Positions 61,010-64,000 of a DNA stretch of 64,000 nt are shown piece by piece (within the stretch, counting starts at the first letter, position 1; every line of letters starts with the position of its first letter). The DNA is taken from positions 170,261 to 234,260 of the forward strand of contig CACAFC010000001.1 of the NCBI GenBank assembly GCA_902531765.1, given 5' to 3'. The notes below the pieces were generated by a model. The model searched no databases. It saw only the letters and a list, made by a program, of their open reading frames with translations, and was not told the origin of the DNA. This DNA is from an uncultured Pelagibacteraceae bacterium. GTDB taxonomy: Bacteria; Pseudomonadota; Alphaproteobacteria; Pelagibacterales; Pelagibacteraceae. A program made the translations under genes and the position numbers.

Positions 61010-61459
61010 TTATTTTGATGCAGCTACTGGTTTTTTATCTTCTTTTTTTTCAGGCTCTTTTGAGGCAGATTTTTTCTTTTTATCAACTTTTTTTGCTTCA
61101 ACATCTCTGTCTATAAATTCAATAATTGCCATCGGTGCATTATCACCATATCTGAAGCCAGCTTTAATTATTCTTGTATAGCCGCCTGTTCTTTTTTCGT
61201 ATCTTTTTGACAATGTTTTTTTAACTTTATTTGCAGATTTAATATCTTGTAACTGTGAAACTAAAGCTTTAGTGTTATGAAGAGTATCTCTCTTACCTAA
61301 TGTAATAATCTTATCAGCTTGAGGCTTTAAAAACTTTGCCTTTGGTAATGTAGTTTTGATTTGCTCATATTTTATTAGAGAGTTGAGCATGTTTTTTAAC
61401 AATGCTTTTCTATGCTCAGATGTTCTATTTAGCTTCTTATTGGCAAATCCGTGTCTCAT
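61010..61459 (-). CDS. rplQ: 50S ribosomal protein L17
   Basis: MRHG...[34 protein letters not shown]. Confidence 0.98.
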   Translation of the reverse strand: MRHGFANKKLNRTSEHRKALLKNMLNSLIKYEQIKTTLPKAKFLKPQADKIITLGKRDTLHNTKALVSQLQDIKSANKVKKTLSKRYEKRTGGYTRIIKAGFRYGDNAPMAIIEFIDRDVEAKKVDKKKKSASKEPEKKEDKKPVAASK

Positions 61460-62488
61460 TTAGATAGCTTCCTCTAGCTTTTTAGACATTTCAGCAATGT
61501 TATCTGGTGGCCAATTTGGTATCTCCATACCCAAATACAATGACATTCCTGTTAAAACCTCTTTAATTTCATTGAGTGATTTTCTTCCAAAATTTGGTGT
61601 TCTAAGCATTTCACCTTCAGACTTTTGAACAAGATCACCAATATAGATTATGTTATCATTTTTCAAACAATTCATTGATCTAACAGACAATTCCAACTCA
61701 TCAACTTTTCTTAATAAATTTTTATTAAATTCAGGTTCTGTTGATACTTCTTTAACAGGTGCCTCTACTGGCTCATCAAAATTAATAAACATTTTAAGTT
61801 GATCTTGGAAAATTCTAGCAGAATAGGCTACAGCATCTTCTGCTGATATTGAACCATCTGTTTCAACTTCCATTGTAAGTTTATCATAGTCTAGGGCTTT
61901 ACCTTCTCTTGCGGTACTTACAGAATAAGAAACTTTTTTTACAGGACTGTATAAAGAGTCTATAGCAATCAATCCTAAAGGTGGTTCCTCAGGTTTATTT
62001 AATTCAGCTGGCACGTAACCTTTTCCTGTGTTAACATTCATCTCCATGTGAAAACTTGTATTTTCGTCTAAATTACAAATTACTAATTCAGGATTTAAAA
62101 TTTCAACATCAGCTACTGGGGTTATATCAGAAGCTTTTATTTCACCAGGTCCTTTTGCATCTAAAATGAGCTTCTTAGTGCCTTCAGAAGATGACTTTAA
62201 TGCTAAAGATTTTACGTTTAAAACTATATCAGTAACATCTTCTCTTACACCTTTTATAGATGTAAACTCATGTAATACACCGTCTATTTGTATAGATGTG
62301 ACTGCTGCACCTCTAATCGAAGATAATAAAATTCTTCTTAATGAATTACCCAAAGTTAAACCATAACCTTTTTCTAAAGGCTCAGCTACTATTTTTGCTT
62401 TAGATAAATCATCACTCATTTGAACATCAATTTTTGATGGTTTAATAAGAGATTTCCAGTTTTTAATATTTACATTTTCAGTTTCCAT
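61460..62488 (-). CDS. rpoA: RNA polymerase alpha subunit
   Basis: [48 protein letters not shown]. Confidence 0.98.
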   Translation of the reverse strand: METENVNIKNWKSLIKPSKIDVQMSDDLSKAKIVAEPLEKGYGLTLGNSLRRILLSSIRGAAVTSIQIDGVLHEFTSIKGVREDVTDIVLNVKSLALKSSSEGTKKLILDAKGPGEIKASDITPVADVEILNPELVICNLDENTSFHMEMNVNTGKGYVPAELNKPEEPPLGLIAIDSLYSPVKKVSYSVSTAREGKALDYDKLTMEVETDGSISAEDAVAYSARIFQDQLKMFINFDEPVEAPVKEVSTEPEFNKNLLRKVDELELSVRSMNCLKNDNIIYIGDLVQKSEGEMLRTPNFGRKSLNEIKEVLTGMSLYLGMEIPNWPPDNIAEMSKKLEEAI

Positions 62489-62937
62489 TAAACTCTCCTT
62501 TTTTTTGGTGGTCTAGTACCATTATGTGGCATCGGTGTTGTATCTTTAATTGATAAAATTCTAAATCCTCTTGCTTGTAAAGCTCTTAATGCTGTTTCTC
62601 TTCCTGAACCTGGACCTTTAACTTCAACTGATAATGTTTTCATTCCATATTCTAAAGCCTTTGATGCAGCTGCATCTGCTGCAATTTGTGCAGCATATGG
62701 TGTAGATTTTCTAGAACCCTTAAAACCTTTTTGGCCTGCTGAAGCCCATGAAACTACATTTCCATTTGTGTCTGCGATAGAGATAATAGTATTATTGAAA
62801 GTTGATTGAACATAAGCAATACCGTTCAGAATGTTTTTTTTAACTTTTTTCTTTTTAGAGTAAGAACTCTTTTTAACTTTACTTACACTCTTTTCACTTT
62901 TTTGGTCTTTCTTGTCAACCTTATCAACTTTAGCCAT
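62488..62937 (-). CDS. rpsK: 30S ribosomal protein S11
   Basis: [38 protein letters not shown]. Confidence 0.98.
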   Translation of the reverse strand: MAKVDKVDKKDQKSEKSVSKVKKSSYSKKKKVKKNILNGIAYVQSTFNNTIISIADTNGNVVSWASAGQKGFKGSRKSTPYAAQIAADAAASKALEYGMKTLSVEVKGPGSGRETALRALQARGFRILSIKDTTPMPHNGTRPPKKRRV

Positions 62938-62939
62938 GT

Positions 62940-63323
62940 TTATTTTTTAAGTGGAGTTAATTTTTTACCCGCGATTGCAATTGCTTTACCTTTTCTTGTC
63001 CTCGCATTACATCTAGTTCTTTGACCTCTAACAGGTAATTTTTTTCTATGTCTTGATCCTCTGTAGCAAGCTAGATCTATTAATCTTTTAATACTTAATG
63101 AATAATCTCTTCTCAAATCTCCCTCTACTTTGAAATTTTGATCTATATATTCTCTAATTTTAAGGATTTCATCATCAGTTAGTTGATTCACTCTTTTTTC
63201 TTTTGGAATTTTTAATGATGAACAAATTTGCGAAGAAAACTTATCACCAATTCCGTAGATGTACGTAAGACCTACATGAACAAGTTTGTTCTGTGGAATA
63301 TTTATACCTGCAATACGAGCCAT
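62940..63323 (-). CDS. rpsM: 30S ribosomal protein S13
   Basis: [37 protein letters not shown]. Confidence 0.98.
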   Translation of the reverse strand: MARIAGINIPQNKLVHVGLTYIYGIGDKFSSQICSSLKIPKEKRVNQLTDDEILKIREYIDQNFKVEGDLRRDYSLSIKRLIDLACYRGSRHRKKLPVRGQRTRCNARTRKGKAIAIAGKKLTPLKK

Positions 63324-63379
63324 ATATTTAGTGATAATTTTCAGCCTTTTATATAAGATGATCTTTTAAAGTCAACGGG

Positions 63380-63943
63380 TTAAACATTGAGAAAACTGTT
63401 GATTTTAGCTGTTATTTCCTCAATTTTAGAACTACCATCTAACTCATAAAAATTAGAATTTTTAGAATAGAAGTCTAGAACCGGTTTAGTGGTTTCCATG
63501 TATTTATCATACCTTTTCACAATAGTATTTAAATCGTCATCAGATCTATTTTCTATACTTTTTCTTTGTTCAATTCTTTTGATTATCGTCTCCTTATTTA
63601 CATTAAGAAAAAATACAAAATCAATTTTTTGATTAGTTTTATCTAATAATTTTTCTAAGTTTTTAGCTTGTGTCAGGGATCTAGGATACCCATCAAATAT
63701 TAATTTATTTTTCTTCTTTGGATCAAATACTACATTTTCAATTAATGAGTTAACTATTTCATCACTAACAAATCTACCTTCGCTCATATCTTCAACTATC
63801 TTTTTTCCTATTTCAGAGTTTTTTTGAATTTCATCTCTCAGCATATCACCTGTAGAAATTTGGAAACTATCTAATTGTTTAACTAAAAATTTAGCTTGTG
63901 TGCCTTTACCAGCTCCTGGAGGTCCAAACAAAATTACATTCAC
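63380..63943 (-). CDS. adk: Adenylate kinase (short, LID-less form)
   Basis: GPPGAGKGTQA, ISTGDMLR, FDGYPR, R.DD. GTG start. Confidence 0.96.
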   Translation of the reverse strand: MNVILFGPPGAGKGTQAKFLVKQLDSFQISTGDMLRDEIQKNSEIGKKIVEDMSEGRFVSDEIVNSLIENVVFDPKKKNKLIFDGYPRSLTQAKNLEKLLDKTNQKIDFVFFLNVNKETIIKRIEQRKSIENRSDDDLNTIVKRYDKYMETTKPVLDFYSKNSNFYELDGSSKIEEITAKINSFLNV

Positions 63944-63952
63944 TTTTTTTAT

Positions 63953-64000
63953 CTATCTACCGAATTTAGTTTTTTTGATTAGTTGCTCATATTGTGAGCT
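63953..64000 (-). CDS. secY: C-terminal end of SecY (5'-partial)
   Basis: The minus-strand frame reads SSQYEQLIKKTKFGR* (TAG at 63955-63953), resembling the SecY tail, and sits just upstream of adk. Confidence 0.75.
   Translation of the reverse strand, partial: SSQYEQLIKKTKFGR

Noticed and set aside
6614-62366. Many 60-117 aa ORFs in the track that lie antisense to, or inside, long genes (e.g. 6614..6823, 8988..9215, 13510..13728, 22137..22385, 32300..32578, 47821..48072, 53916..54257, 55447..55800)
   Set aside because: They are shadows of well-supported genes on the opposite strand or frame, with no recognisable motifs or start context.
1-64000. CRISPR arrays, IS elements, rRNA genes, REP-like repeat families
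   Set aside because: No regularly spaced repeats, transposase motifs or rRNA-like sequence seen while reading the window.

Overview
Very AT-rich, densely packed bacterial chromosome segment with tiny or overlapping intergenic spacers. Gene content and order (metY with a SAM-V riboswitch, soxBDAG, hppA, the rib cluster, rplM-rpsI-argC, the end of the spc/alpha ribosomal operon) point to 'Candidatus Pelagibacter' (SAR11, Alphaproteobacteria). Most of the window is core housekeeping DNA: about 60 CDS, one tRNA-Ser(GCT), one SAM-V riboswitch with a SAM-II-like element upstream, and no CRISPR, IS element or prophage. The most interesting locus is at 2-4 kb. A stand-alone, catalytically intact Cre-like tyrosine recombinase has a 15-7-15 bp near-perfect inverted repeat (lox/dif-like, ATAA-N7-TTAT core) 2 bp from its start codon. 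It lies where gene polarity converges and next to an unusually long 458-bp gene-free tract. This is a candidate single-recombinase chromosome-dimer-resolution system at the replication terminus (inference). Other observations: a degenerate RibB-RibX fusion, a probably inactive PyrC'-type dihydroorotase, an O-methyltransferase/trhO pair coupled to gatCAB, era and rpoZ missing from their usual positions, two small proteins missed by the ORF track, and a head-to-head gene pair only 3 bp apart. All product calls come from motif recognition by eye; no database searches were run.
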